The notes under the pieces are model-generated. The model made no database searches and was not told the DNA's origin. It saw nothing but the letters and a program-made list of their open reading frames with translations. 49,475 bases of DNA from assembly GCA_013239625.1 (NCBI GenBank), contig MU054187.1:932001-981475 (forward strand), given 5' to 3'. Position 1 is the first letter of the stretch; the number at the start of each line of letters is the position of its first letter. The translations under genes were made by a program, and so were the position numbers. Of this stretch, positions 24,500 to 36,467 are shown piece after piece. This DNA comes from Lama guanicoe (taxonomy: Eukaryota).

Positions 24500-25042
24500 T
24501 TGCCTGCCTCTAACAGCGTGAGGATCACCCGGGAAACGTGTTACAAGCGCGCACGCCTTGGCCGGAGGTGCCGATGGAGCAAAGCCTTGCTTCATGTCCA
24601 CGTCGCCCGGCACACGTGCGTGCAAGCGCACCTGCCTCCCCTGACGCAGAAGCCCGCTTCCCGCGTGGGCGCGGCGCCTCTCCGGGTGCCTGGCTCAGCC
24701 GGAGCCGTGCGGGGCAGGGCCGCTGCCCCGCGGGGCGCTCCCCTCGCCTGCCTCCTCCCAGGCCGGCCCCGCGGCCCCCCTGCCTCCGCTGGGCCCCGGG
24801 CCGGCCAGGCCCTCGACCCGCAGTCCTCGCCCGGCCAGGCCGGCCGCCTCTCCCGCTGGGCCTCCCTCCGTCCCCTCAAAAGCCGCCGCCTCGGGGAGCG
24901 CTCTCCCGCCCGCGTTCCCTGCGGAGCCCCGGCCTCCGCCCTCGCCCGCGCCGCTCATGCTTGCAGCCCCGGGCCAGGCACAGCCGCGCCCACAGCCCGC
25001 GCCCTCGTGCGCACGTGCGGGGCCGCCTCCCGGGCCGCGCCA
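24500..25042. promoter_or_regulatory. CpG island, promoter-like
   Basis: About 540 bp of very high GC and CpG content, C-rich on the + strand, with E-boxes (cacgtg) and tgcgcacgtgcg. Confidence 0.6.
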
Positions 25043-25283
25043 GGGGAGGGAGGAAGGACAGGAAGGAAGGCAGGGAGGAAGGAAGGAAAGACAGGAAGGG
25101 AGGAAGGAAGAACAGGAAGGGAGGGAGGGAGGAAGAACAGGAAGGAAGGGAGGAAGGGAGGGAGGAAGGAAGAACAGGAAGGAAGGGAGGGAGGAAGAAC
25201 AGGAAGGAAGGGAGGAAGGGAGGGAGGAAGGAAGAACAGGAAGGAAGGTAGAGAAGGGAGGGAGGGAAGAGGGGAAGGAGGAA
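25042..25283 (+). repeat. Polypurine (GGAA/GGGA/GAACA) compound repeat, ~240 bp
   Basis: Almost exclusively A/G on the + strand, with a recurring sub-unit ggaagaacaggaaggaagggag. Confidence 0.95.
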
Positions 25284-25899
25284 CATGACTGTAATGAACA
25301 GCCAATCCCCAAAAGTCATTCTGCATTTTAACATTCCTCACGTCCTTTTCTTTTTTCATTTTTTCCCCCTACTTTAATCTAGCCTCTTAGTGGCTTAAAC
25401 TCACAGAGCAAAACAATTGTTCAGACACAGGCCCCGCTGCTTTCTGTGCAGCAACACGTGAAGAGAAAAGGAAAGCCTCTCCCTCTCAACAGCCGCAGCT
25501 TTAGTTTAGAGTTTGAGCCTCTTGCCCCAGGATACGGCGCAGAACTGGTGTCTTTCCTGATTTAAATCCCTTCTGAATGTGGCCTCTGTTGAGGGTTTGG
25601 TGCGGCTTGAGAGTTCATTTCAACCTGGTGGATTCAGATAAAGTGAAATTTAATTAAACTAAAAATCCGAGGGTCCTTGTCCCCGGGTGACACACAGGAA
25701 ATCTATATCCATGACCGTGGATTCACTTTCAAGATCTTCTTGCCTTGGGCAGTGACACCAATTGTACCACCAACAAAGTAACCCGATTCTTGGCTTTTCC
25801 AAGTCAGGAAAGCCTCACGATGTCACGGAAGCTGCCCTGGGTGGGAAACTGAAGCCGGGGGCGTGGGGCTGAGACCGGACGTCTGCACAGGGGTTCCTA

Positions 25900-26025
25900 C
25901 ATGTCACCGCCTGAGTTTCTAGGATGGGGGCAAAACACCATTTACCCCATGGGGCTTTTATAATGATCTAACTAGTCACTGTGTGAAAAGCACTTAGGAA
26001 GTGCTCACTAAATGTCACTTACTAC
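25900..26025 (+). mobile_element. MIR 3' part
   Basis: atgggggcaaaacaccatttaccccatggggc...tgtgaaaagcacttag...gtgctcactaaatgtcacttactac resembles the MIR core and tail. Confidence 0.55.
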
Positions 26026-26396
26026 AACCTCACGCAGAAGCGTGACTCTACATCTGACTCCAGCCATGTTTATTTTAAGGTTTCCCTAATTACTCTTACA
26101 CAGCATTAATCTTTCTTTCATTTTGTTGTTACTCATTGTACTGCTTCAATCTCCACATTAAATAGTAAGTATTATTGTGATTATAATTGTAATGTCCTAA
26201 TTACATGTTAAGTCATGGCTTTCTGTGAGTCCCCTAAAGCCTTTTAATTAAATAAGTCATAACGCCAATTAGACCTGTTGATTACAACATGTATTCATTG
26301 TCAGTTTCATTCTTGATACACATTTGCATTAAACTACAGAGTCTTTTAAAACTCTAGCTGGGGGTGTTACCCCATCCAGCTTGACTCCTTGCCACC

Positions 26397-26449
26397 ATGC
26401 GATCGTCGGCGCCGGGGAACTTGCTGTCTTATGATTTTATCCTTCTCAG
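26397..26449 (+). CDS. Candidate first coding exon of a putative small ORF (MRSSAPGNLLSYDFILL-)
   Basis: GCCACCATG start and CAG|GTAAGG donor at 26450. I recognise no homologue. Confidence 0.2.
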
Positions 26450-26667
26450 GTAAGGCGAGCGTTCATCAAAAAGGCAAAAATGACCCGGAAGATAAACAAC
26501 AGGAAAGATCTTCCAAATGAATATTCCCTAGAGAAATATTAATTTAAGGAGATAAATAAGACATAAAATAATATTTAAATGATTCTAGCTTATATAGACA
26601 GCCATCTTAAACTATTTTTGTGTGTGTCAATTGTCTAATATTTCTATAAAATATTTTCGTTTTTCAG

Positions 26668-26848
26668 TGCCATTAGGTACCAAACTCAGGACTTTTTCAG
26701 GAAACTTGCTAAGAGACTCCTGAGGGAACTCGGAAGGGTGTCTGTCCTCACCCCGAGAGCGCGGCCCCCCGCAGCGGAGAGCGCGAGCTGGCGCTTTTGG
26801 CTGAAGCCAGCTTCCAGCCCAGCTACACACAGTCGGACCTTGTTCTGA
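26668..26848 (+). CDS. Candidate second coding exon of the putative 77-aa small ORF
   Basis: Branch-like CTAAT (26635-26639) and ttttcgtttttcag acceptor. The frame from exon 1 stays open to TGA at 26846-26848. Confidence 0.15.
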
Positions 26849-27007
26849 CGTCTCTAGCGGACACAGCCCTTAGAGCATGGTCTCATTTACTGACCTTAAT
26901 CACAGTGCGCACAGCCTCAGCCTCTGTCCTCCCTATCTGGTTTTCACTCTTTTAAGCTATTTTAAAATGCTTCTTTCTTTAGACTGAAAAACGTATTTCA
27001 GAGTAGG

Positions 27008-27046
27008 CTTCCTTTTCTTTCTTTTTTTTTTTTTTTTTTTTTTTTT
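27008..27046 (+). repeat. Polypyrimidine/poly(T)25 tract
   Basis: The T run at 27022-27046 is preceded by cttccttttctttc. Confidence 0.95.
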
Positions 27047-30029
27047 GTCTCTTCCAAATTAGCAGAAAGGATATGGACAGTGTCCTCGGAACCCCAGCAT
27101 CAGCACTCACTAGGCAGACGGTGCTGGTCCCCTGGCCGGCTTCTCCCCCCTCCCTCCCCTCCACTCCAAGACGAGGAGAATTCTCTCCGCCTTCCAAACA
27201 CGTTGTAGACGTGTTCCAAACAGAATATGGCGTGAAACTATCATGATTATTATTTTTTACTGTCAGCTTCCACCCAGTTGCGGTCACCTGCTAGCGTCTA
27301 AGGGGTGATCATCAGTGCTTGGTAGTCACGCAGTGAGTGACCGCTGCTTGGATATTATTGGATGTCACTACAATACGCCTAAAGATACTTTGAAATTCTG
27401 TAATTTAGTGCATTACTTTTATGTTGAATTGTCTTAGGTCAGTGTCGCTGTCGTGTAAGTCATAACCACAGGAACAGCACCTTGGACTTCTCCTTGTGTG
27501 TGTCCACCTGTTTCCAGCTCAGTTCAGCGGACGTTCACTAGGGAGCAGCTGTGTCCCAGAACTCCTCTGATGACACCGTGAGCCTGGTGAAGAGTAAACT
27601 CTGAGGGGATGAGAGAAAAGTGGGAGAAAAATAGGCAAGGAGAACTTCTTTCAATTCCATACAGTAAACACAATGATAGAGGACAAACAGGGGACAGTAA
27701 GGACCCCGAGGGAAGCACCCTCAGGCGTAGCCAGGTCGGGGAGGAGGAGAAGGCGGCTGCAAGGGGGACCCTGGAGGTGAGGCCTTTCTGGAGATTTACA
27801 GCAGCCTACTTCCCTGGGGGGTTTGGGAAGGACCCGCTGGGGGGTTCAGAGGCGGGTGCCATAGACCTGGGGCTCTGAAAGGTCTAGTCTCACACCAACA
27901 AAAGAATGAGCAAATGTCTTACTGCGCTGCAGCTCGCTCTTCTGGGCTGAGCAGCTATAGATGCCTCGTATTGTTGCTATTGATCAAACTGTAATTGTTT
28001 AATCCAGGAGAACAAGCTGTGGTCTGGTGAGATATTTGGGTCATTCTGTTGTTGGTGTGAGAATTACAGGCAGGCCCTGCGCCCGGGGACCACTGTTAAA
28101 CCAGCAACTTATCACACGGAGTGAGAATCACCTCTGGCGGGTGAGAGCTCCCTTCTTTCCAGTCCGTGCTGTGGAGGTTTTCGGATCAGCTCCACGGAGC
28201 GCACAGAACACCTGGAGAACAGACCTGACAGCAGGCGAGGAGCAGGTGGATGGCACGAGAAGCCAGTGGTGACTGGTACCTCGCGCGACAGGCCAGGCAC
28301 AGGACAGATACTTGAAGACTCCAGAGAGAACCGGGAAGTGGAGAGCGCGATAAGGACCAGGTCCTCCATGCGCACAGCTGTGCGCGCACGATGGCCTTGA
28401 AGCCCACGGGATTTTCATCTTCCGCCCTTTCCTTCCTCCCACACCTACTATCACATCCAGAATTCAAACACTTGTGCCCAGGAGACGCTCACGTGGTGGC
28501 GCGCTTGCTAATAGGTGGCGTTCACTCACTTCTCTGAACGTTTCTGCTGTTCCTGTATGGAAGTCCCATGGACTTCCCTTGTAGGATACTAACGTCTGCT
28601 GAGAAGAGTGACAAGTTGTGCTGAATGCTAACCTGCAGAAATGCAATTCACACACATCATTTCTTGGCAGCCTGTAACTCCAGACAATACAATCACCTTG
28701 AGGCTGTTCAGTAGAGAATGCGAACAAAGGAGAATCCCAGGCAGACTCAGGAGCTCTTGTTAGTGAAGGAGCTATATTGGGACAAAGCAAATGGAGAGAT
28801 ACCTTTTCTTTAAAAAAAAGCCTTTTATTAAGGTGTATGTTCTGCTCTCTAGTCCTCTCAATAAAGGCTTTTATTTAAAGGTGGGGGGAGAAAAATTACA
28901 CATAACAGTCAATGACTTTAATTCTCAAGGAAAGTCTAGAGATTAGACTAAATCTTATTTTTTCCCCCAAATAGTCTGATAGACCCCCTCTAACATATGC
29001 AATTTTAAGAAGCATTGGTGCTGTAAGTCAAATCGATGTATTAATTTTAAAAATAGGCTCTTTAGCAAGATAGTAATGAGTTTCCAGGACAGAGCTCAGC
29101 AGACCCCGTTTCTGGGTGTGGACCCGAGCAGAGATGTGGGGTGGGGCTCAGTTTTCGGTATTTTAAAATCTTGGCATGAGTGTCCCTTGCTTTCCTTAGT
29201 GGCTGGTGTTACCCACCCTTGTCACCACTGAGCGGCAGTCCGCCCAGGAAGTCCCTGCACCCCCGCCCCCGCACATCCAGGTGTGGGGTGGCCCCTCCTC
29301 CGCACCAGGCGGGCACGTGTGTCCCACCGCCATGCCCGGGGGCCCTCCCCGTGACGCCAGATCAGTAGTTCACCTGATGAAGGGTTCGGAGCCACAGTGA
29401 TACACAGAGTAACCAAACCCACAGTGACTGGCGTGTGAGAGGCCCTCAGTGCCACAGACCCTGGAAAGGCGGGCGGAGGGATGGACACGCGGCCCGCCCT
29501 AAGTCACGGCCCCCAGGCAGACGAGAACATGCTCACCTGAGGGGAACTGGGGCTGAGTCAGGCAGGGTCAGGGAGGCGCGACACAGCTCTGTCAGTGTCT
29601 AAAAGGGGACGTGCATCCGGCACCGCACGGCGCTGCTCTGCCTCGGAGCTCTGGCCGCAAAGCGGAGGGCCCACCTTCAGCCCAAGGTGAGTTTTGCCCC
29701 TAGTTTCCGTGCCACTTAAAACAGGAGGTTGTGGCAGGTGCAACGCCCAGAATACTGTCCTCTGACCAAGAAAGGACATTTGTTGTTTTGTCTCAACTTG
29801 CTTCTTAATTTTCCTCTGTACTGTACACATGTGTTTTACTTTTAGTTAAAATATTACCTTTATTTTAGAATCCCATGTGGCTTGAGAGAAACATATGGGT
29901 TTTAGAAGTTTTCAAGTAACTGCTTTGCACATGTCTCCTCGTGACTGTCCAGCCGGCGCGGCCACGAGCTTCCCGCCCTCAGGGCTCAGGAGAAGGGCCA
30001 GGCGCTCGCCTCTCCTTCAGCCCTCAGTA

Positions 30030-30345
30030 TTTTCATATTTCTTGTTTTAATATATTCTGTTAACCTGACAACATAGTTACTAATTTTTGCTTTTGTCATT
30101 TGTCTTTTAAAGAAATCTTTGAAAATGAGAAATTGTATTTGCCCATTTGTCTCCATTTTCAGCCTCTTCTTGTGAATCAAAGTCCCCATCTGGTGTCCTT
30201 TTCTTCTGTCTGGTGAACTTCCTTTCACATTTTCTTGCAACTCATGTTTGCTGACGAAGATCTTTCTTAGCTTTTACTCAGCTGGAAAAGTCTCTATTTT
30301 GCCTTCGTTGCTTTTCGATGGGATGCAGAATTCTCAGTGGACAAC
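30030..30345 (-). mobile_element. Old L1 ORF1-end/inter-ORF fragment
   Basis: ctggtgtccttttcttctgtctggtgaacttcctttcacattttcttgcaa...ctggaaaagtctctattttgccttc...gcagaattctcag is typical antisense L1M ORF1 3' region. Confidence 0.7.
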
Positions 30346-30534
30346 TGAAATAAGCAATACGTTTCTACTCGAGACTCAGGAACAGGACATTTGTACCTAG
30401 AACCCAGGTCTCCAGCGTTGGAAATTCCTTCCTGGGGCTTGTGCGTTCTCCTTCGAAATAAAAGTCTTTGAAGAAATTCTCTAATTGAGACAATTTTATC
30501 ACAACAGAAATGACAGTTTACTGATCATTCACTG

Positions 30535-31227
30535 ATGCAGCCTCCTTCTGTGTATAAACCCAAAGGAAATGAAAACAGGATGTCAACGAGAACCCCCATG
30601 TCACCGCGGCATCATTCACTGTGCCCAAGGCAGGAAACTACCTGCGTTTCCATCGGTGGATGAACTGAAACAGAAGATGTGAGCTCAGTCTCTCTCTCCA
30701 TCCATCCATCCATCCATCCACACGCTGGAATATTACTCAGCCATTAGAAAGAACATCCTGCCATTTGTGACACCCTGGATGGACCTTGGGGACACTGTGC
30801 TAAGTGAGATGCACCAGAGACCAAAAGACAAACTCTATGGCACGACTAAAACGTGGAATTTATAAAAGCTGAACTTGCAGAAACAGAGAGTAGAGTGGTG
30901 GTTGGCAGGGGCTGGCGCGTGGGAGACGTGAGGAAATGCTGTGGAAGGGTACAAGCTTACAGCTCAAGGATAAACGCATCCTGGAGAGCAGTGTGCAGCA
31001 AGGTGGTTACGGCAGCAAGGCTGTATTACATACTTTAAATTCGCTGAGAGACTAGATCTTACATGTTTCCGTCACAAAAAGAGTTAATAATTATGTGCCC
31101 TGACGGAAGTGTTAGCTAGCGCTAAGGTAGCACTCATATTGTAATAAAAACGTGTATCAAATGAACACTTTGTACATCTTAAACATGCATAGTGGTATAC
31201 ATTAATTGTATCTCAATTAAAAAAAAT
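30535..31227 (+). mobile_element. L1MA9/L1MA10-like LINE 3' end with internal (CCAT)n
   Basis: aaacccaaaggaaatgaaaacagga...gaatattactcagccatt...atcctgccatttgtgaca...agaaacagagagtagagtggtggtt...gagagactagatcttacatgtt...tgtatctcaattaaaaaaaa. Confidence 0.88.
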
Positions 31228-32039
31228 TCTAATTATAAGTAATTGCGTGTTTTCTCTAATTTGCAATGACTACTTATTCTCCTAGGATCATGCCACACTT
31301 ACTAATTAACTTACTAACAACTCAATTTTACTTTCCAATGTCGACTTCTATTTTTTACATACTAAAATATTTCACAGAAGTAGGTACTTTTCTTAAAAGA
31401 GTACATTTTTTATGCCACCCAGAGAAAATGTAATAATTGTTGTTTAGCAATGGAACACTTGCTAAACACGTAAGTGTAACCATGGGAAAGTATGAGCATT
31501 TATTCTTAGAGAAATATAAATATAAATTATGTATTTTCATTTTTTCAAATTCCTTTGAATATTTAAAAAAATATTGAGCACTTTTAAAATCCCTGGATAG
31601 TTTTCGTATGTGTTTCATTTCTGAAATCTCATCAGGACACTTGCTGTCTCTGTTTCTAATCGACTAAATCACGTGTTATAAAAGCAGAGTGTTCAGAGTA
31701 GTCCGTGAACCAGAGGTCTCTTTCCTCTTGTTAGAAGTACTTAGAGGAAAGGGAACTTCTTTGGTATTCTGGTTTTGCCTTATTTCTTTGTTTCCTCAGT
31801 GTTTTGACGTGTTGTGTTTCCTCAGTCCCCTTACTAGCTAAAGAAAGCTCAGCTTTCAAGAGCAATGGAACATGGAATTATCTTAAGCTTCGTGCTCTCA
31901 GCTGTTTGTCTTCTACAAGCGAACTTCGCTGGTTAGAGAAATACGAAAATCCGTCTCCGTACCCTCGCTTTTCCAGATGCAAACTGATCAAACCCGGCTT
32001 CTTATACGCAAATCAATCTAACGTGGCACGTTATTTATT

Positions 32040-32560
32040 GTCAGAAATAGCGTGTGGCGCGGATTGGAATGCGGTCAGAGGACACGGTGGTCACGCGGCG
32101 TGAACCTGCGGCTGGGAGGGCCCGTGCGGGGCGCAGCAGGCGGGGCGCTGCAGGCGGGGCGCAGCAGGCGGGGCGCAGCAGGCGGGGCGCTGCAGGCGGG
32201 GCGCAGGGCGCTGCAGGCGGGGCGCTGCAGGCGGGGCGCTGCAGGCGGGGCGCTGCAGGCGGGGCGCAGCAGGCGGGGCGCTGCAGGCGGGGCGCTGGAG
32301 GTAATGGAAGCGAACGCACTTCCGGGGTGATTTGCAGTAAAGACAAGACTGTCAACTCAGGTTTTAATAGAAAAGTAGGATTTTGTTTTCAAACATAAGA
32401 CTCACTACTGTGTGGTCACAAGCTTTCATTCCCCCGGAGAGCGGTTTCATTTATTCTGACGCTGTCGCCTTTCCCCACGTGGCCAGGGCCGCGTTTCCGG
32501 GACGCCGCGGTCCTGAGGGGCGAGGAGCAGGGCAGGGCGTGGCGGGAGCAGGACGGCTGT
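32040..32560. promoter_or_regulatory. CpG-rich promoter-like region around the VNTR
   Basis: Inverted CCAAT (ATTGG 32063-32067), tandem GC boxes, ETS/GABP motif CACTTCCGG (32317-32325), and a CACGTG E-box at about 32475. Confidence 0.45.
32126..32300 (+). repeat. 14-bp GC-rich VNTR (GCGGGGCGCWGCAG)~12.5
   Basis: Five full units, two partial units (10 and 11 nt), then six full units, for 175 bp in total. Confidence 0.97.
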
Positions 32561-34555
32561 ATGCACTTTAACGTTTGCTGTAGCATTCGACCTCCAGCTG
32601 TATGCAAGTGTTCACTTGATTAAAATTAATTTTACATACAAATTTCCTACTATTAGTGTATGATAAAACTACTGTGTATCTAGTAACTGGAGAAAATAAA
32701 TTATTCAGTGAATGGATATAATGTGTAATTTGATGAATATTTGAAAAAATAAAGTTATTATAGAGTCGTACATCATGATACCAAAATTAAAACTTACACA
32801 CAAACAAAACTATGTAATACATTTAAGCAAGGATGCCATTTCTTTCCATAAAATACCTGAGGTTAAATGGGAGGAGGGGGAAATGGTAAATAGGATTAAA
32901 TCTGTAGTTATTTTAATATCTATGTGTTACAAATAGATGACAAGTAAAATCAAAACTAAATAAAAACCTATAAAAAAGTACTTGAAAACTCTAAGACTGC
33001 AGTGAAATGAAGATCACCAGGCTTCTGAATGATGAACGTTTTCTAGAAAATCAATAATGCATATGTGAGGACAACTGGGCGATTTCTCTGAAAGCTAGCT
33101 TATGGGACAGTACATTCAATATTTGATAAGTATGTAGAAAAATGAATTTCTCTGGCAGAGTTGAAGTTGCAAATGCCAAAGTGAGGTCATTATAGAGTCT
33201 CTATTGCTTATGGACGTGTAAACAATGCCTCGTTTTGATGAGCATTTTTAGGAGTTTGGGATTGTTTTCTATGAAGTACATGATAAATACACGAAATGTC
33301 TGAGCAGAATGCTGACCGTGTGAAGCACAGTAGGATCAGCACCGCGTCCCCGTCTCCCGGGCCTGTGCTCAGCATGGCGTTCTGGGTTCCCGGGAGGCCC
33401 TGTGAGAGCCGCCAGTCACCCCACCCCTGCTTCTCCCCGGGCTGATCAGTGTCCTGAATTTTGCGTCATGACAGCCTCTCTTTTAAAAATAGTTCTACGT
33501 CCAATATGTATATACACGTTACACAATTTACTGTATGTCACTGTACAGTAGATCGTTTTCTGTTTCCAACAACTTTTCAAAGGCTAAGCTTCCTCCTCTT
33601 TGACTTGCTAACTGTCTCTTCACGTAAAGGTTCTGAGACTAGTCCGTGTTGCTGCGTATGGTTGCAGCCCGCTCCCCGCGAGCTGGACGCCACTCCGCAG
33701 CACTGTGGACACACAGGATGTATGTATGCCTCTTACTCCTTGCACACATTTGTATTTAGGTAGTTTTCTCTTTAACGGTTCTATGAGCAGTTTTACAATT
33801 TGCCTTTAATGCCACATGTGCAAAATAATCTCTAAGGTGTCTGTCGAAGAGCAAAGAGCTGGGCCATAAAGCTTCGCAGTCTCACTTTAGCGAGTCACGT
33901 CAAGCTGTTTTTGCGAAGCGGTGGCTGTGATTTACACTCTCATCAGCCATGGCGTTGTCTCACATCCTCAGTCACGTGCACAGTAGTGAACCCCGAGGGT
34001 CCAGAAACTTCTTTCTTGAGCTGTTTACAAGCAGAATTTTAAACTACCTGCCCTGGAAAAGTTCTTTATCTGGAAACAACGATCTTAACTTTGAAATTGG
34101 AACCAACTACATTGAACTTCGAACAAAAAAATGTGCATTTTATTCTTAGGTTGACCATGGAAAATGCACATCTCATAAACCACTTATGGGGTCAACAATG
34201 GTTAAATCGATGATCAGATGTCGTAAGATTACGTTTTCCATCTGATATACAACAGTTCTGTGTTTGTTTCACCTTAGCTGGTGAAACACATGACTGACTG
34301 AGACCGCTTGGTACAGACACCCTGCACTGAGGTTGCGGGTTCTCTGGCACGTTTTAGTGACAGCCCACATGGTGTGCATTAGTCAGTACAACCGAAGCCC
34401 TCTCGGAGTACAAGGAAATGGTTTGTGCCTTTGTGGGCAAGATAGATTGCTCATGCCAAGCTTGAAATTTTTAATTATGCGTGATTAAATGTAGCTCCCT
34501 CTTTGTAATTTGCATGTTCATACCCTTTCAGAATTAAAAGAATATAATTCTGTTT

Positions 34556-34763
34556 GAGATTTGCAATTGTTAACCACTATAAAAATAGATAAAAAACAAA
34601 TTTCTTCTGCATAGCACAGAAAACTATATTTAATATCTTGTAATAACCTTTAATGAAAAAGAATATGAAAATGAATAGATGTATATAAGTGCATGACTGG
34701 GGGGACATTGTGCTGTGCACCAGAAATTGACACACTGTAACTGCCTATATACTTCAATAAAAA
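34556..34763 (+). mobile_element. Camelid/artiodactyl L1 extreme 3' end
   Basis: catagcacagaaaactatatttaatatcttgtaataacctttaatgaaaaagaatatg...tgtgctgtgcaccagaaattgacacactgtaactgcctatatacttcaataaaaa. Confidence 0.88.
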
Positions 34764-36467
34764 CTGTGAATGTATATTTATAGCAACAACCTAAGAATTA
34801 CTGACAGGAGTAGAAAACCCAATGGAATACACGCACATTATACATTTAATAGGAAACGTTAGACTCCGCTGTTTAGAAAAATTAATATACAATGTACTTA
34901 TATTAAAAGTAACTCCTCTGGTTCAAAATGTGCCTACTCCAATGACTATATTTTTCAGATATTACAGTGGAAATACCAGGTAAATCTAATTTATAGTTTA
35001 CAATGTGGTTAGGTAGATGGCTGCTTTTTTTTATGCTGACCTTTTATGATAGTCCATTCAATGCTATCAGTTACAGAATGTTTTCTGCAAAAACTCAGCC
35101 TCCCTAATGATTCTAAAATGTTGAAATTAGATCAGAATCAAAATTTTAAATTACATATTAAATGGTAATAGATAGATATGATAGAATAGCATAAAAGACA
35201 ACCGAAATGTTTAGAAAAATGAAATGTAAAATATTGACTCTCCTTTAAATTAGGATTTTAGATCAAATCCCCTCGTGTCTAATGCAATTCAGGGTACATT
35301 GCTGTTTAGAAATACATGTAGAGAAAGAAGTTGGAACACAAAAGAGAAATGAATGCCAGCCTCATGTTGACCAGGAAGCTGCCCACGTTTCCTAAATTTG
35401 GTTCCTGCTTCAAAAAGCAGTGCTCTGCAGCATTTCTGGTAACTCACTGAGGAGGCAGCATTGTGCAAATTACCTGCCAGCTCCAGCCTCGGACTTGCAC
35501 CAGCTCAGAAGGCCTCCCAGCACCTCCTTTATCCACAGCAAGGAGTGATACCCCAAGTCCGCTCAGCTCCCGAGGATACGGCGAGGGTCACAGTGATTTG
35601 ACCCTTTCTGTATTCAGATGTGTTTCTCCTGCTCGGAGATCATAACAATTGGGTCCACGTGGAGAACAGGGTTCACTGTCCTGTGCGGGAGCTGAGGGTG
35701 TTGGCAACAGCCCCGCTGCCCAGTGGGGAGGAACGGTGGGGTTGCCGCGGCCAAGGTGGTGGGCAGCCTGGGAAGATGGGCTGGGAGGGTGTCGCCTGGA
35801 CATGCGGTTCTGCTGTCAGTTACCAAAAGCTGTGTCTTAAGAATCGGGCCTTTTTCCTTGTTTTGCTGAGAACCTACTTAACACAGTGCAGATATAATGA
35901 TTAGCGTGTGTCAGTGAGGGGGGTCTGTGAACTTGGATGAGAAAAAACAGCTGTCTTCACTTCCACTAACTTCTAATTGAAATTTAGCAGTTTCTTTAAT
36001 TGTGAATGTACATAAACACACAGTAGCATTGTACACACCAATAAAACCTACGCTTTTAAATATTTTAATATTTACATACCATTGGTACTGGCCTCTCAAA
36101 ATACTGTTTTGGGTATCACTTAGCCTTGCGGTATTTATTAAATTAAGTGGTCTTTATTAAGTCAGGGTGCTTATCAGATCCACGGCTGGATCTTATCTGG
36201 TTAATAAAGAAGCTCACGTGTAACCCTTTTCCAGTGTCACTTGCTTCTTTTGTGAGGGTCTGTGTTTTATTTTGTGTATTAAGTCATTCTTCTGGGAAGA
36301 GGTCAAAGGCACACAAAGGGAGCACAGGGCGGGGTTTAAGACCCTTCCTCGTGTGGGGCGGACGGACAGCAGCAGCGTCTGAAGGCAGCCCCCTCCCTGG
36401 TCCGGCTTCCTGAGACTCCGGGCTCCCTGAGAAGAAACGGTAGTGGTTGTGACTGCTAGTCCCGGAC

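Noticed and set aside
24275..25359. Long ORFs (337, 237, 205, 152 and 134 aa) across the CpG island and GGAA tract
   Set aside because: They are open in several frames on both strands because GC-rich and polypurine DNA lacks stop codons. The longest begins inside an MLT1A LTR and the products are low-complexity.
32041..32398. Ala/Gly/Arg/Pro repeat ORFs, and the array as a possible CRISPR
   Set aside because: The ORFs are artefacts of a head-to-tail 14-bp VNTR. There are no unique spacers or cas genes, and the DNA is mammalian.
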